A stretch of 64,000 bases of DNA from Squalus acanthias (GCA_030390025.1 CM059433.1:15192001-15256000); one strand, 5' to 3'; positions 1 through 10,974 are shown, numbered from the stretch's first letter. Made by a program: numbers and translations. Notes: generated from the letters alone by a model not told the origin.

Positions 1-114
1 CTGAGAAGGTGGTGGTGAGCCGACCTCTGGAACCGCTGCAGTCCGTGTGGTGAAGGTACTCCCACAGTGCTGTTAGGGAGGGAATTCCTGGATTTTGACC
101 CAGCGGCGATAAAG
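1..114 (-). mobile_element. Non-LTR retrotransposon (CR1/L2-group LINE) 3' fragment, truncated by the window edge
   Basis: Reverse complement closely matches about 7780-7897 and 15785-15900 (...GCTGGGTCAAAATCC...TCCCTCCCTAACAGCACTGTGGGAGTACCTTCACC...CTCACCACCACCTTCTC). Confidence 0.85.
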
Positions 115-450
115 CAAAATATGGTCTCAACAATGGTCTACAAAAAGTTAGAATCACTTTTTTTTTGATTCAGAACCATTGAATCAACTTGATTGAGTTT
201 CAGCCAAGGCTAGGATTTGGACATACAATCCCATAATTTCCACTCAGTGTGTGGTAATGATCTTGCCTGACCTACGTTGTCAGGGTGGTTTGATAACCAT
301 TTAGATAAAATAAACTGAGGCTGTGGTCCCCTAATATTGATTCCAGTGTCCTCATATAAACTTTAAATGTGTTTATTTTGAAATTTCTTTCCATATTGCA
401 AACAATATTCCTTGGAATGACGTGCTAAGATGTAGAATACAAATGCCCCA

Positions 451-507
451 TGTCAGGAGTGCAATGGAATACTCTCCACTTGCCTGGATGAGTGCAGCTC
501 CAATAAC
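451..507 (+). mobile_element. Left part of an old LINE 3' fragment, split by the CR1 insertion
   Basis: GTCAGGAGTG..GGAATACTCTCCACTTGCCTGGATGAGTGCAGCTC matches the unsplit copy at about 15446-15500; the sequence resumes at 7495. Confidence 0.85.
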
Positions 508-795
508 GGGAGTGGCGAGACCGGAGGTCCTGTGAGTATTTAAACACACTTTCGCGGGCTTTTCTTTCACAGGCTGGTGTCGGGAGTGGCGAGACCGGAG
601 GTCCTGTGAGTATTTAAACTCACTTTCGCGGGCTTTTCTTTCACAGGCTGGTGTCGGGAGTGGCGAGACCGGAGGTCCTGTGAGTATTTAAACTCACTTT
701 CGCGGGCTTTTCTTTCACAGGCTGGTGTCGGGAGCGGCGAAACTGGAGGCCCAGTGTGTATTTAACTCACTTTTGCGGGCTTTTCTTTCACAGGC
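508..795 (+). repeat. About 3.9 tandem copies of a 74-bp monomer in the CR1 5' UTR
   Basis: Units start at 508, 582, 656 and 730 (GGGAGTGGCGAGACCGGAGGTCCTGTGAGTATTTAAACTCACTTTCGCGGGCTTTTCTTTCACAGGCTGGTGTC). Copies 1-3 differ by one base; copy 4 is diverged. Confidence 0.95.
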
Positions 796-825
796 ATACC
801 AATCTCAGACCGCCGGCGGCGTTCC

Positions 826-900
826 AGAGCCACGTCACGATTCAAAACGTGATGCGGGCAGGAGGGAGCAGCTGATTGGGTGAGTACGGCTAGGTAAGTA
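826..900 (+). promoter_or_regulatory. Putative internal Pol II promoter / splice-donor cluster of the CR1 5' UTR
   Basis: CpG-rich; CRE-like ACGTCA at about 832, inverted CCAAT (ATTGG 875-879), consensus donors GTGAGT (880) and AG|GTAAGT (894). Function is inferred only. Confidence 0.3.
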
Positions 901-1074
901 TTTATACTACTCTATAGTTTGACAGTTAAGGTTCATAAAGTTTAGTAGGTCTTAATTTTGTGGATATAGTTTGTAGTGCTAGTAACCAAGAGCCCTTGAG
1001 TATATCATTTAATTGAGTGTAATTGGTGGTATTGATTTGATTTAATTTAAGTTCAATTAATTAAAGGGTAAGTC

Positions 1075-2025
1075 ATGATAGGACAGCCCAGCCCCGTGTT
1101 ATGCTCCTCCTGCTTGATGTGGGAAATCAGCGACCCTTCTGGTGTCCCTGACAACCATGTGTGCGGGAAGTGTATCCAGCTGCAGCTACTGACAGACTGC
1201 ATTGCGGCGCTGGAGCTGCGGATGGATGCGTATTGGAGCATTCGCAATGCTGAGAACCTCGTGGACAGCACGTTTAGCGAGTTGGTCACACCGCAGGCAA
1301 AGGGTGTGCAGGCACGAAGTAAATGGGTGACCACCAGGCAGAGTAAGAGGTGCAGGCAGGTAGTGCAGGGGTCCCCTGTGGACATCCCCCTCTCAAACAG
1401 ATATACCACTTTGGATACTGTTGGGGGGGATGACTTATCAGGGGAAGGCAGCAGCACCCAACTTCCTGGCACCATGGGTGGCTCTGCTGCACAGACTGGG
1501 AGGAAAAAGAGTGGAAGAGCTATAGTGATAGGGGACTCAATTGTAAGCGGAATAGATAGGCGTCTCTGCGGCCGCAACCGAGACTCCAGGATGGTGTGTT
1601 GCCTCCCTGGTGCAAGGGTCAAGGACGTCTCGGAGCGGCTACAGAACATTTTGGAGGGGGAGGGCTAACAGCCAGCTGCCGTGGTGCACATAGGCACCAA
1701 CGATATAGGTAAAAAAGGGGATGAGGTCCTAAAAACAGAATATAGGGAGTTAGGAGGTAAATTAAAAAATAGGACCTCAAAGGTAGTAATCTCAGGATTG
1801 CTACCAGTGCCACGTGCTAGTCAGAGTAGAAATAGGAGGATATTTCAAATGAATACGTGGCTGGAGGAATGGTGCAAGGGGAAGGGATTCAAATTCCTGG
1901 GACATTGGAACCGGTTCTGGGGGAGGTGGGACCAGTACAAACTGGACGGTCTGCACCTGGACAGGGCCGGGACTGCTGTCCTAGGGGGAGTGTTTGCTAG
2001 TGCTGTTGGGGAGGGTTTAAACTAA
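1075..2025 (+). pseudogene. CR1 ORF1 (CxxC..CxxC zinc finger, coiled coil, SGNH/GDSL esterase) with one premature stop
   Basis: ORFs 1075-1668 and 1681-2025 are in the same frame, separated by TAA at 1666-1668. Motifs CSSC/CGKC, VIGDSIV, HIGTND, DGLH. Confidence 0.92.
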
Positions 2026-2069
2026 AGTGGCAGGGGGTTGGGCACCTGAGCAGGGAGACAGAGGAAAGC

Positions 2070-3975
2070 GTGTCAGGAAGGGACAGAAAGTATGGAGTAA
2101 AAGGTAAAGTGTTAAAAAAGGAAAAAGCAGGAACTAAGTGTCACAAAACATATTTGAAAGTTCTTTATCTGAATGCACGTAGCATTCGTAACAAAATGGA
2201 CGAGTTAACGGCACAAATAAATACGTATGGGTATGATCTTGTGGCCATTACAGAAACATGGCTGCAGGGTGACAACGACTGGGAATTAAATATGCCAGGG
2301 TATTTAACAATCAGGAAGGACAGGCAGGAAGGAAGGGGAGGTGGGGTGGCTATGTTAATAAAGGAAGGAATCACTGTAATACAGAGAAATGATATTGGGT
2401 CAAAGGATCAGGATAATGAAACAGTTTGGGTGGAGATAAGGAATAATAAGGGGAAAAAACACTAGTGGGAGTAGTATATAGGCCTCCTAATAGTTGCAAC
2501 TCTGCTGGAAGAAGTATTAATCAGGAAATAGTTGGGGCATGTAATAAGGGAACAGCTTTAATTATGGGGGATTTTAACTATCATATTAACTGGACAAATC
2601 AAATTGGGCAGGGCAGCCTTGAGGAAGAGTTTATTGAGTGTATTAGGGATGGATTTCTTGAGCAGTATGTAACTGATCCTACAAGGGGGCAAGCAACCTT
2701 GGACCTGGTCCTGTGTAATGAGTCAGGATTAATTAATAATGTCCTAGTTAAGGATCCCCTTGGAATGAGTGACCATAACATGGTTGAATTCCATATCCAA
2801 TTAGGCGGTGAGAAGGTTGGTTCTCAAACAAGCGTACTGAGCTTGAATAAAGGAGACTATGATGGTATGAGAGCGGAATTGATTAAAGTGGACTGGGAAA
2901 ATAGATTAAAGGATAAGACGGTACATGAGCAGTGGTGTTCATTCAAGGAGTTATTTTACAACTTTCAAAAAATATATATTCCACTGAGGATAAAAAGGGT
3001 GTAAAAGAAATGACAGCCATCCGTGGCTAAGTAAAGAAATTAAGGATAGTATCCGACTAAAAACAAGGACATATAAGGTAGCCAAACTTAGTGGGAGGAT
3101 AGAAGATTGGGAAGTCTTCAAAAGACAGCAAAAAGTAACTAAAGGATTGATTAAGAAAGGGAAGATAGATTATGAAAATAAATTAGCAAAATATATAAAA
3201 ACAGATAGCAAGAGTTTCTATAGTTATATCAAAAGAAAAAGGGTGGCTAAGGCAAACGTAGGTCCCTTATAGGATGAGACCGGGAAATTAATGGTGGGAA
3301 ACATGGAGATGGCAAAATGCTGAACAAATATTTTGTTTCAGTCTTTACGGTAGAGGACACTAAGAATATCCCAACACTGGACAAACAGGGGGCTCTAGGG
3401 GGGGAGGAGCTAAATACGATTAAAATCACAAAGGCATTGGTACTCAGTAAAATAATGGGACTCAAGGCGGATAAATCCCCTGGACCTGATGGCTTACATC
3501 CTAGGGTCTTGAGGGAAGTGGCAGTAGGGATTGTGGATGCTTTGGTAATAATTTTCCAAAATTCCCTGGACTCAGCAAAGGTCCCGGCAGATTGGAAAAC
3601 TGCTAATGTAACACCCTTATTTAAAAAGGGTAGTAGGCAGAAGGCTGGAAATTATAGACCAGTTAGCCTAACATCTGTGGTGGGTAAAATTTTGGAGTCG
3701 ATTATTAAGGAGACAGTAACAGAACATTTAGATAAACATAATTTAATAGGACAAAGTCAGCATGGCTTTATGAAGGGGAAGTCATGTCTGACATTTTTGC
3801 TTGAGTTCTTTGAGGACATAACGTACAGGGTGGATAAAGGGGAACCAGTGGACGTAGTGTATTTAGACTTCCAGAAGGCATTCGACCAGGTGCCACATAA
3901 AAGATTATTGCTCAAGATAAAATATCACTGGACTGGGGGTAATATTCTGGCATGGGTGGAGGATTGGTTATCTAA
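2070..3975 (+). pseudogene. Outer CR1 ORF2, 5' part (APE endonuclease + start of RT), frameshifted
   Basis: Motifs YLNARS, ITETW, GGGV, GVVYRPP, MGDFN, LDLV, SDHN, then SPGPDG, NYRPVSLTS, QHGF, YLDFQKAFD. Frameshifts near 2460, 2995 and 3315; in-frame TAG near 3270. Confidence 0.92.
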
Positions 3976-6217
3976 GGGACTAATTAGTAATCTTGTTGTA
4001 CGGGGACCCTTGGGTCAGAGCGATCATAACATGATCGATTTCTCACTCGAAATGGAGAGCGAAGAAATTGACTCAGATACTAAGGTCCTGAATTTAAACA
4101 AGGGGAATTATGATGCCATTAGACGGGAACTGAGTAGGTCTGATTGGACAACGTTCCTGGGAGGACTGGAGGTAGATAAACAATGGCAAGCATTTAAAGA
4201 TAGAATGACAAAATTGCAAAAATTGTTTATACCAATCTGGCATAAAAGGAAATCTAAAAAGGTGACTCAACCGTGGATAACAGGGGAAATTAGAGACAGC
4301 ATAAAATCCAAAGATAGGGCGTATAAAATAGCCAAAAAAAGCGCCAGAGCGGAAGATTGGGAACAGTTTAAGATAGAGCAAAGGAGGACAAAGGGCTTAA
4401 TCAAGAGGGGCAAAATAGCTTACGAAAGCAAGCTGGCGGAAAATATAAAAACTAACTCCAAAAGCTTTTATAAGTATATCAAGAGGAAAAGACAGGTGAA
4501 AACCAAAGTTGGCCCATTGCAGTCAGATACGGGGGAATATATAACGGGAAATAAGGAAATGGCAGACCAACTAAATGCATACTTTGGGTCAGTCTTTACG
4601 AAGGAAGACACAAAAAACCTCCCTGGGATATCGGGAAAAATAGGGACATTTGCAAAGGAGGATCTGACGCAAATCAATATCTCTAAGGATATGGTGTTAA
4701 GGAAGCTAAAGGGATTGAAGGCGGACAAATCCCCAGGGCCTGATATCATGCATCCTAGGGTGCTGAAGGAGGTGGCCCTAGAGATAGCGGATGCACTAAG
4801 TATGATTTTTCAGAATTCATTAGACTCGGGAACAGTGCCCATGGATTGGAGGGTAGCTAACGTTACCCCACTATTCAAAAAGGGGGGTAGGGAAAAAGCA
4901 GGTAATTACAGACCTGTAAGCCTTACATCAGTTGTGGGCAAAATGCTGGAGTCCATCATTAAGGATGAAATAGCGGAGCACTTAGCAAATGGGGACAGGA
5001 TAGGACAGAGTCAACATGGATTTACAAAGGGTAAATCGTGCTTGACTAATCTATTGGAATTTTTTGAGGGAGTAACTGGTAAAATAGATGGGGGAGAGCC
5101 AGTAGATGTGGTGTACCTGGACTTCCAAAAGGCCTTCGATAAGGTCCCACATAAAAGATTAGCAGGGAAAATTGAAGCTCATGGGATAAAGGGGAAAGTA
5201 TTGACGTGGATAGAGAACTGGCTGTCAGATAGAAAACAGAGAGTTGGAATAAACGGCTCATTTTCTGAATGGCAGGCAGTAACAAGTGGGGTACCGCAGG
5301 GATCTGTCCTGGGTCCCCAGCTGTTCACAATTTACATTAATGACCTGGATCAGGGAGTCGGATGCAGCATTTCCAAATTTGCAGACGACACTAAACTAGG
5401 AGGGGGGGTGGGCTCAGAGGAGGAGACCAGGAAGCTCCAGAGCGATTTGGACAGACTGGGTGATTGGGCGGATAAATGGCAGATGCACTATAATGTGGAC
5501 AAGTGCGAAGTTATCCACCTTGGGTGCAGGAACGGGAGGGCAAATTATTATTTAAATGGCAATAAATTGGGAGAGGGGGAAGTACAGAGAGACCTGGGTG
5601 TTCTTGTACACCAGTCACTGAAGGCGAGCATGCAGGTGCAACAGGCGGTCAAGAAGGCAAACGGTATGCTGGCCTTCATAGCAAAAGGGTTGGAATACAG
5701 GAACAGGGATACCTTGCTGCAGCTGTACAGGGCACTGGTGAGACCACACCTCGAGTACTGTGTACAGTTTTGGTCGCCTCATCTGAGGAAAGATGTTCTT
5801 GCCATGGAGGGGGTGCAGCGGCGATTCACCAGGCTGATACCAGGAATGGCGGGATTGACCTATGAGGAGAGACTATGTAGTTTAGGGATGTACACACTGG
5901 AGTTTAGAAGATTGAGAGGGGACCTCATAGAAGTGTATAAAATTCTGACAGGTCTAGACAGACTAGATGCAGAAGGAATGTTTCCCTTGGTGGGTGAGAA
6001 CAGAACTAGAGGACATAATTTAAGGATAAGGGCTAAACCATTTAGGACAGAAATGAGGGGGAATTTCTTCACTCAGAGGGTGGTGAACCTGTGGAACTCA
6101 TTGCCACAGAGGGCAGTGTACGCCAGCTCATTAAATATATTTAAGAGGGAATTAGATATATTTCTACAGGCAAAAGGGGTTAAGGGTTACGGAGAGAAGG
6201 CGGGGACGGGATACTGA
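3317..6217 (+). CDS. 966-aa chimeric ORF: outer CR1 RT N-terminal part fused in frame to the nested CR1 ORF2 (EN tail + complete RT)
   Basis: Two copies of the SPGPD..NYRPVSLTSVVGK..YLDFQKAFD block with an SDHN motif between them; junction at 3975/3976. The ORF is real; expression is unsupported. Confidence 0.6.
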   Translation: MLNKYFVSVFTVEDTKNIPTLDKQGALGGEELNTIKITKALVLSKIMGLKADKSPGPDGLHPRVLREVAVGIVDALVIIFQNSLDSAKVPADWKTANVTPLFKKGSRQKAGNYRPVSLTSVVGKILESIIKETVTEHLDKHNLIGQSQHGFMKGKSCLTFLLEFFEDITYRVDKGEPVDVVYLDFQKAFDQVPHKRLLLKIKYHWTGGNILAWVEDWLSKGLISNLVVRGPLGQSDHNMIDFSLEMESEEIDSDTKVLNLNKGNYDAIRRELSRSDWTTFLGGLEVDKQWQAFKDRMTKLQKLFIPIWHKRKSKKVTQPWITGEIRDSIKSKDRAYKIAKKSARAEDWEQFKIEQRRTKGLIKRGKIAYESKLAENIKTNSKSFYKYIKRKRQVKTKVGPLQSDTGEYITGNKEMADQLNAYFGSVFTKEDTKNLPGISGKIGTFAKEDLTQINISKDMVLRKLKGLKADKSPGPDIMHPRVLKEVALEIADALSMIFQNSLDSGTVPMDWRVANVTPLFKKGGREKAGNYRPVSLTSVVGKMLESIIKDEIAEHLANGDRIGQSQHGFTKGKSCLTNLLEFFEGVTGKIDGGEPVDVVYLDFQKAFDKVPHKRLAGKIEAHGIKGKVLTWIENWLSDRKQRVGINGSFSEWQAVTSGVPQGSVLGPQLFTIYINDLDQGVGCSISKFADDTKLGGGVGSEEETRKLQSDLDRLGDWADKWQMHYNVDKCEVIHLGCRNGRANYYLNGNKLGEGEVQRDLGVLVHQSLKASMQVQQAVKKANGMLAFIAKGLEYRNRDTLLQLYRALVRPHLEYCVQFWSPHLRKDVLAMEGVQRRFTRLIPGMAGLTYEERLCSLGMYTLEFRRLRGDLIEVYKILTGLDRLDAEGMFPLVGENRTRGHNLRIRAKPFRTEMRGNFFTQRVVNLWNSLPQRAVYASSLNIFKRELDIFLQAKGVKGYGEKAGTGY

Positions 6218-6314
6218 ATTGGAGGATCAGCCATGATCTCATTAAATGGCGGAGCAGGCTCGAAGGGCCGAATGGCCTACTCCTGCTCCTATCTTCTATG
6301 TATCTATGTATCTA
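3976..6314 (+). mobile_element. Nested 5'-truncated CR1 LINE (younger, different subfamily)
   Basis: Begins near the end of the endonuclease domain (GLISNLVVRGPLGQSDHN), then an uninterrupted RT ([15 protein letters not shown]) to the stop at 6217, a 3' hairpin and a TATCTATG-type tail. TAA at 3973-3975 and 6315-6317; removing the insert restores the outer DWLSNRKQRVG. Confidence 0.95.
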
Positions 6315-7304
6315 TAACAGGAAGCAGAGAGTTGGGATAAATGGTTAATTCTCGAACTGGCAACCAGTAGTCAGTGGTGTTCCGCAGGGGTCGGTGCTGG
6401 GTCCCCAACTCTTTACAATCTATATTAACGATTTGGAGGAGGGGACCGAGTGTAACATATCAAAGTTTGCAGATGATACAAAGATGGGAGGGAAAGTAGA
6501 AAGTGAGGAGGACATAAAAAACCTACAAGAGGATATAGACAAGCTGGGTGAGTGGGCGGAGATTTAGCAGATGCAATACAATAGTGGAAAATGTGAGGTT
6601 ATGCACTTTGGTAGGAAAAATCAGAGAGCAAGTTATTATCTTAATGGCGGGAAACTGGAAAGTACTGCAGTACAAAGGGATCTGGGGGTCCTAGTGCAAG
6701 AAAATCAAAAAGTTAGTATGCAGGTGCAGCAGGTGATCAAGAAGGCCAACGGAATGTTGGCTTTTATTGCTAGGGGGATAGATTATAAAAACAGGGAGGT
6801 ATTGCTGCAGTTATATAAGGTATTGGTGAGACCGCACCTGGAATACTGCATACAGTTTTGGTGTCCATACTTAAGAAAAGACATACTTGCTCTCGAGGCA
6901 GTACAAAGAAGGTTCACTCGGTTAATCCGGGGATGAGGGGGTGGACATATGAGGAGAGGTTGAGTAGATTGGAACTCTACTCATTGGAGTTCAGAAGAAT
7001 GAGAGGCGATCTTATTGAAACATATAAGATTGTGAAGGGGCTTGATCGGGTGGATGCGGTAAGGATGTTCCCAAGGATAGGTGAAACTAGAACTAGGGGG
7101 CATATTCTTAGAATAAGGGGCTGCTCTTTCAAAACTGAAATGAGGAGAAACTTCTTCACTCAGAGGGTAGTAGGTCTGTGGAATTTGCTGCCCCAGGAAG
7201 CTGTGGAAGCTACATCATTAAATAAATTTAAAACAGAAATAGACAGTTTCCTAGAAGTAAAGGGAATTAGGGGTTACGGGGAGCGGGCAGGAAATTGGAC
7301 ATGA
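6315..7304 (+). pseudogene. Outer CR1 ORF2, 3' part (RT core and C-terminus)
   Basis: [39 protein letters not shown]; stops near 6346 and 6565, frameshift near 6930. Confidence 0.92.
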
Positions 7305-7494
7305 GGCTGAGTTCGGATCGGTCAAGGCCCTGTGGGTGGCGGAGCGGGCCCAGGGGCTGAGTGGCCGGGTCCTGCTCCTACTTCTTGTGTTCTTTAGATT
7401 TGAGGTTAGGATCAGATCAGCCATGATCTTATTGAATGGCGGAGCAGGCTTGAGGGGCTGATTGGCCTACTCCTGCTCCTATTTCTTATGTTCT

Positions 7495-7973
7495 TAACAC
7501 TCAAGAAGCTCGACACCATCCAGGACAAAGCAGCCCGCTTGATTAGCACCCCATCCACCATCTTAAACATTCACTCCCTCCACCACAGGTGTACCTTGGC
7601 TGCAGTGCGTACCATCTACAAGATGCACTGCAGCAACTCGCCAAGGCTTCTTCAGCAGCACCTCCCAAACCCGCGACCTCTACCATCTAGAAGGACAAGG
7701 GCAGCAGGCACATGTGAACACCACCACCTCCAAGTTCTCCTCCAAGTCACACACCATCCTGACTTGGAAATATATCACCGTTCCTTCATCGTCGCTGGGT
7801 CAAGATCCTGGAACTCCCTCCCTAACAGCACTGTGGGAGCACCTTCACCATACGGACTGCAGCGGTTCAAGAAGGCAGCTCACCACCACCTTCTCCAGGG
7901 CAATTAGGGATTGTCAATAAATGCAGGCATTGCCAGCGACGCCCACATCCCATGAACGAATAGAAAAAAAAAA
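7495..7973 (+). mobile_element. Right part of the split old LINE 3' fragment, with A-rich tail
   Basis: TLKKLDTIQDKAARLI..SLHHR..WNSLP; colinear with 15500-15972; AATAAA near 7916 and an A-tail at about 7958-7973. Confidence 0.9.
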
Positions 7974-8867
7974 CATTCAGGCAAACGTTAAAAAGAATAC
8001 CCCCCATTGCTTTCACTCGACCCCAGCACAAGGATCACTACTTCTGTACATAGAGACCTGAAGCATCTTACAGTTCCCAAAATCTAATGAGGTTTGTTCA
8101 GGATATTTTGATACAGTGGGAGAGACATGTTTTTGAAGCAAAAGTGTAAGTGATTTTACATTAAAAATCCATTTACCACGAAGGTTGCACTCCCACTTAA
8201 TGGCCTCTATTTAAAATGTCTTCAAATGATTGAAAATGTATTCTAGTTGTGGCACATTGAATACATTATAATGAGAGCTCCTCAAAGTTGTTCTTTGTGT
8301 TCACTGAAAATCTGAATATTTATTGTTTATTTTGCATATGATCGCAGTATCCTCAGGCACATCTTGTGATGTATAGGATGGCAATCAGAAGTGCAGTCTC
8401 ATCACTTCTCCTAAGTGTGCTCGTAATTTTTAATGCAGCAATTTCTTCCATGCATTTTTACGGAAGATTGTTTTTCTAAGCTGAACGCATAATTAGAAGG
8501 GGAGCTTCTATTTCAAATATATAGGGGTACATTTTCCTTCACTCACTAATTTTAGCAACAAAAAGATGTGAATAGAAAGTGGGAAACACTGCTTTAGTCT
8601 CATGTTTGTTTTTTTAACAAAATTATTGAATGGAGAAAAAGTAAGCCCTGCTGAGATAGGGGCCTCAGGGGCCACGTTTAAAGTTTAAAACCGTTTCCGT
8701 GCGTTTACAAGCTGCCGATGCCAACAGATCATGGTGTTCTGATCTAGGATTTATGTACCAATGAGGCGACAGGATTAAGAACCGCCCTTTTTAATGAGAC
8801 TGACAAATTTCAAACTGGACAAATCAACGAGTGAAAAAAACCAAAAGTAGAAGTACAACAGAGTTAC

Positions 8868-8936
8868 CTTGGATACACGAGCCAGGTTGACAGGGCTTGT
8901 GGGTTGCCCATGGCACACAGGCTATACTTTAGGTAC
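8868..8936 (-). other. Candidate 69-nt internal exon of an unidentified gene
   Basis: Minus strand TTCACAG|GTACC...CCAAG|GTAACT; open frame YLKYSLCAMGNPQALSTWLVYP; lies in non-repetitive sequence. Confidence 0.35.
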
Positions 8937-8981
8937 CTGTGAACTAAATTGCCTATACAGTATATGCCATCTGCACAGTTA

Positions 8982-9473
8982 GGGCTGGATTTTCAATGAC
9001 CCGTGGAGTCGGGTTTGGAGGCGTGTGGGGGGTTAAAGTTTCAGATTCGGGGGTCCCGACCCCATCCCGACTCCAACACGCCTCCACGCAATTTTGACAA
9101 AATCAGTCGCGGGGTTCCCGACTCCGTCCCGCCTCCAAGAGGCGGGGGAGGCCAGTAAAGCCCTTAACAAGCCCTAAATTGGCTCTGTAATGCCATTTTG
9201 AAATGTTTTAGCTAGCTTAACCCTTTTCCGACGTGAAGTACGCCTGATGTGAAACACGCCAGTGAAACCTGGCGGGAGCACAAGTGGATAGCTGACTATC
9301 AGCTGCAGGTCCACTATTACAACGGAGATGTGATGAAGGTAGCAGTAGTATTGTGATGAAGGTAGTAGTAGTATTAGATCTGAAAGTCGCCTCTGATGCT
9401 GCTGCATTGAATGTCTTCAGAGACTGCCTGGGAGGACTTGGTTGCAAAAAAAATGTGTTCTCTCTCTCTCTCG

Positions 9474-9514
<41 letters not shown>

Positions 9515-9784
9515 GAGCTGCTGCTCATTTTGCATCCAGGTCCACTCACATCAAAAGGCAGGCAGTCTCTGAGACCAGGCAGTCTCTGACCTGCAATGAT
9601 GACATCATCAAAGGCGACTTTCAGACTGAAACCACTAATTGGTTCATGGGTTCCCACATGCTGGAACTCAATTGCCCAATTAAGTGAAAATTGCATCAAT
9701 CTCCCACATCCAATTTCAGGCGGGTGGATAACACGAAATGCAGGTAACACGACCCCAACCGAACCCCAAGACAAAATCCAGCCC
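8982..9784. mobile_element. Non-autonomous TIR element (Harbinger/PIF-like MITE)
   Basis: Perfect 12-bp TIRs GGGCTGGATTTT / AAAATCCAGCCC; no clean TSD. Confidence 0.75.
9458..9514. repeat. (CT)n microsatellite, imperfect
   Basis: Directly visible TC dinucleotide run. Confidence 0.95.
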
Positions 9785-10459
9785 ATGGTGTAGATCTCCA
9801 ATATACGTGATAAGTATACAATACTAATATTCATTTTGATGTAGTGTGTACTGTGTTGAATTACACCATACTTTGCATCTGTACCTTTTCATTTGATACT
9901 TCTAAGTGCAGACAAATAAGGAGTATGTTGTACTGATTTGATAAAGTAGCCTTAGGTTTATGTTATGCTTTTAATTATTCAAAAGTTGCCACATGCACTG
10001 TTCAGCTGAAACACCTCTTATATTAACTGGCTCCAGACCAATCATTACTTCTGGACCTCTGTTTAATTAAAATTGTTGGAAATAACACAGAACCTAATTG
10101 GAAATCATGACAGTGATTTACAATTATTGTGGTATCCATACTTGAGGTTGCAGTGAGCACTCTCGAGTTTTGTTCATCATTGAAACATTAGGTGCAATTA
10201 TGACAGTACAGTACAATCAATTGAACACTTTCAGTTTCAAGTGCAAGAAAAGTCTTAACGTGCTATTATGTCTTAATACAAAAGAGACATGGTCGGAACA
10301 GACATTCGTCGATATCAGCCCAGGAATGTTTCAGGGGTTCGAGTGACATTTGCCTGCTATTTTTGCAGAGGTGCCAACCCATTCAAGTTAAACAGATTGA
10401 TGTTTGCATTAAAATAACATGCAGAGAAATATCATGAAAACCCAGTAAGCGTCCGTCTA

Positions 10460-10726
10460 TTAATATTGGGAAGCAGCAGTTTCTGGGCTATATTCTTTGA
10501 CGTACAAGCCAAATGATGTAGTATCATGGGATTTCATTAAAACTATTAGGGTAGAATCTTTGGTGGTGCTGTTGCATCCCACTTTGATCTCCCCCTTGCC
10601 CCCATCGACTGTAAGCCAAATCCCGGGGATGGGGTCGTTAACAATATGGGGGTGGACGAACATGGTTAAACAGCATAACAGGAGCACCCGCCCAGCATTG
10701 GAACATTGGAGCACCACCCTCTTGTC
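10460..10726 (-). other. Candidate exon-like open frame of an unidentified gene
   Basis: Acceptor CTCACTTTCAG| followed by 88 open codons (DKRVVLQCSNAG...GLYVKEYSPETAASQY*). Confidence 0.3.
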
Positions 10727-10974
10727 CTGAAAGTGAGTACAACAGGCCATTAGGCCAAAGATACAAGGCTGCATATAGTGGCACCACAAGTCCCAGCTGG
10801 AATGGAGAAGGTTAGGTAATTTCCCCCATCAATCATGCCTGGAGGTGACTGGGACTTATTTTACACACATAATTTGTATGTCTTCTACTCACTGCACTTT
10901 GCTAGAGAAATAATCCTGCTGTACTGGGGAGACTCTGTTCGCTGTAGTTTCGGTCCTGAGTTTGGAGACTATGA

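Larger units (their letters stand above)
508..7494 (+). mobile_element. Near-full-length CR1-clade LINE (outer element; inactivated; contains a nested CR1 at 3976-6314)
   Basis: 5' UTR with tandem monomers, ORF1 (Zn finger + SGNH esterase), ORF2 (APE endonuclease + RT), CR1-type 3' end GGAGCAGG...CCTGCTCC followed by TTCTTATGTTCT. Apparent TSD TAAC at 504-507 and 7495-7498. Confidence 0.95.

Noticed and set aside
3317..6217. Novel double-RT protein family
   Set aside because: Fully explained by a nested insertion with a TSD and a resumed outer frame at 6315.
1053..7159. Antisense ORFs over the CR1 elements (e.g. 198 aa at 1053-1649)
   Set aside because: Shadow frames of retrotransposon coding sequence with no recognisable motifs.
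9174..9834. 205-aa and neighbouring ORFs with ER repeats
   Set aside because: They run through a MITE and a (CT)n microsatellite; spurious.
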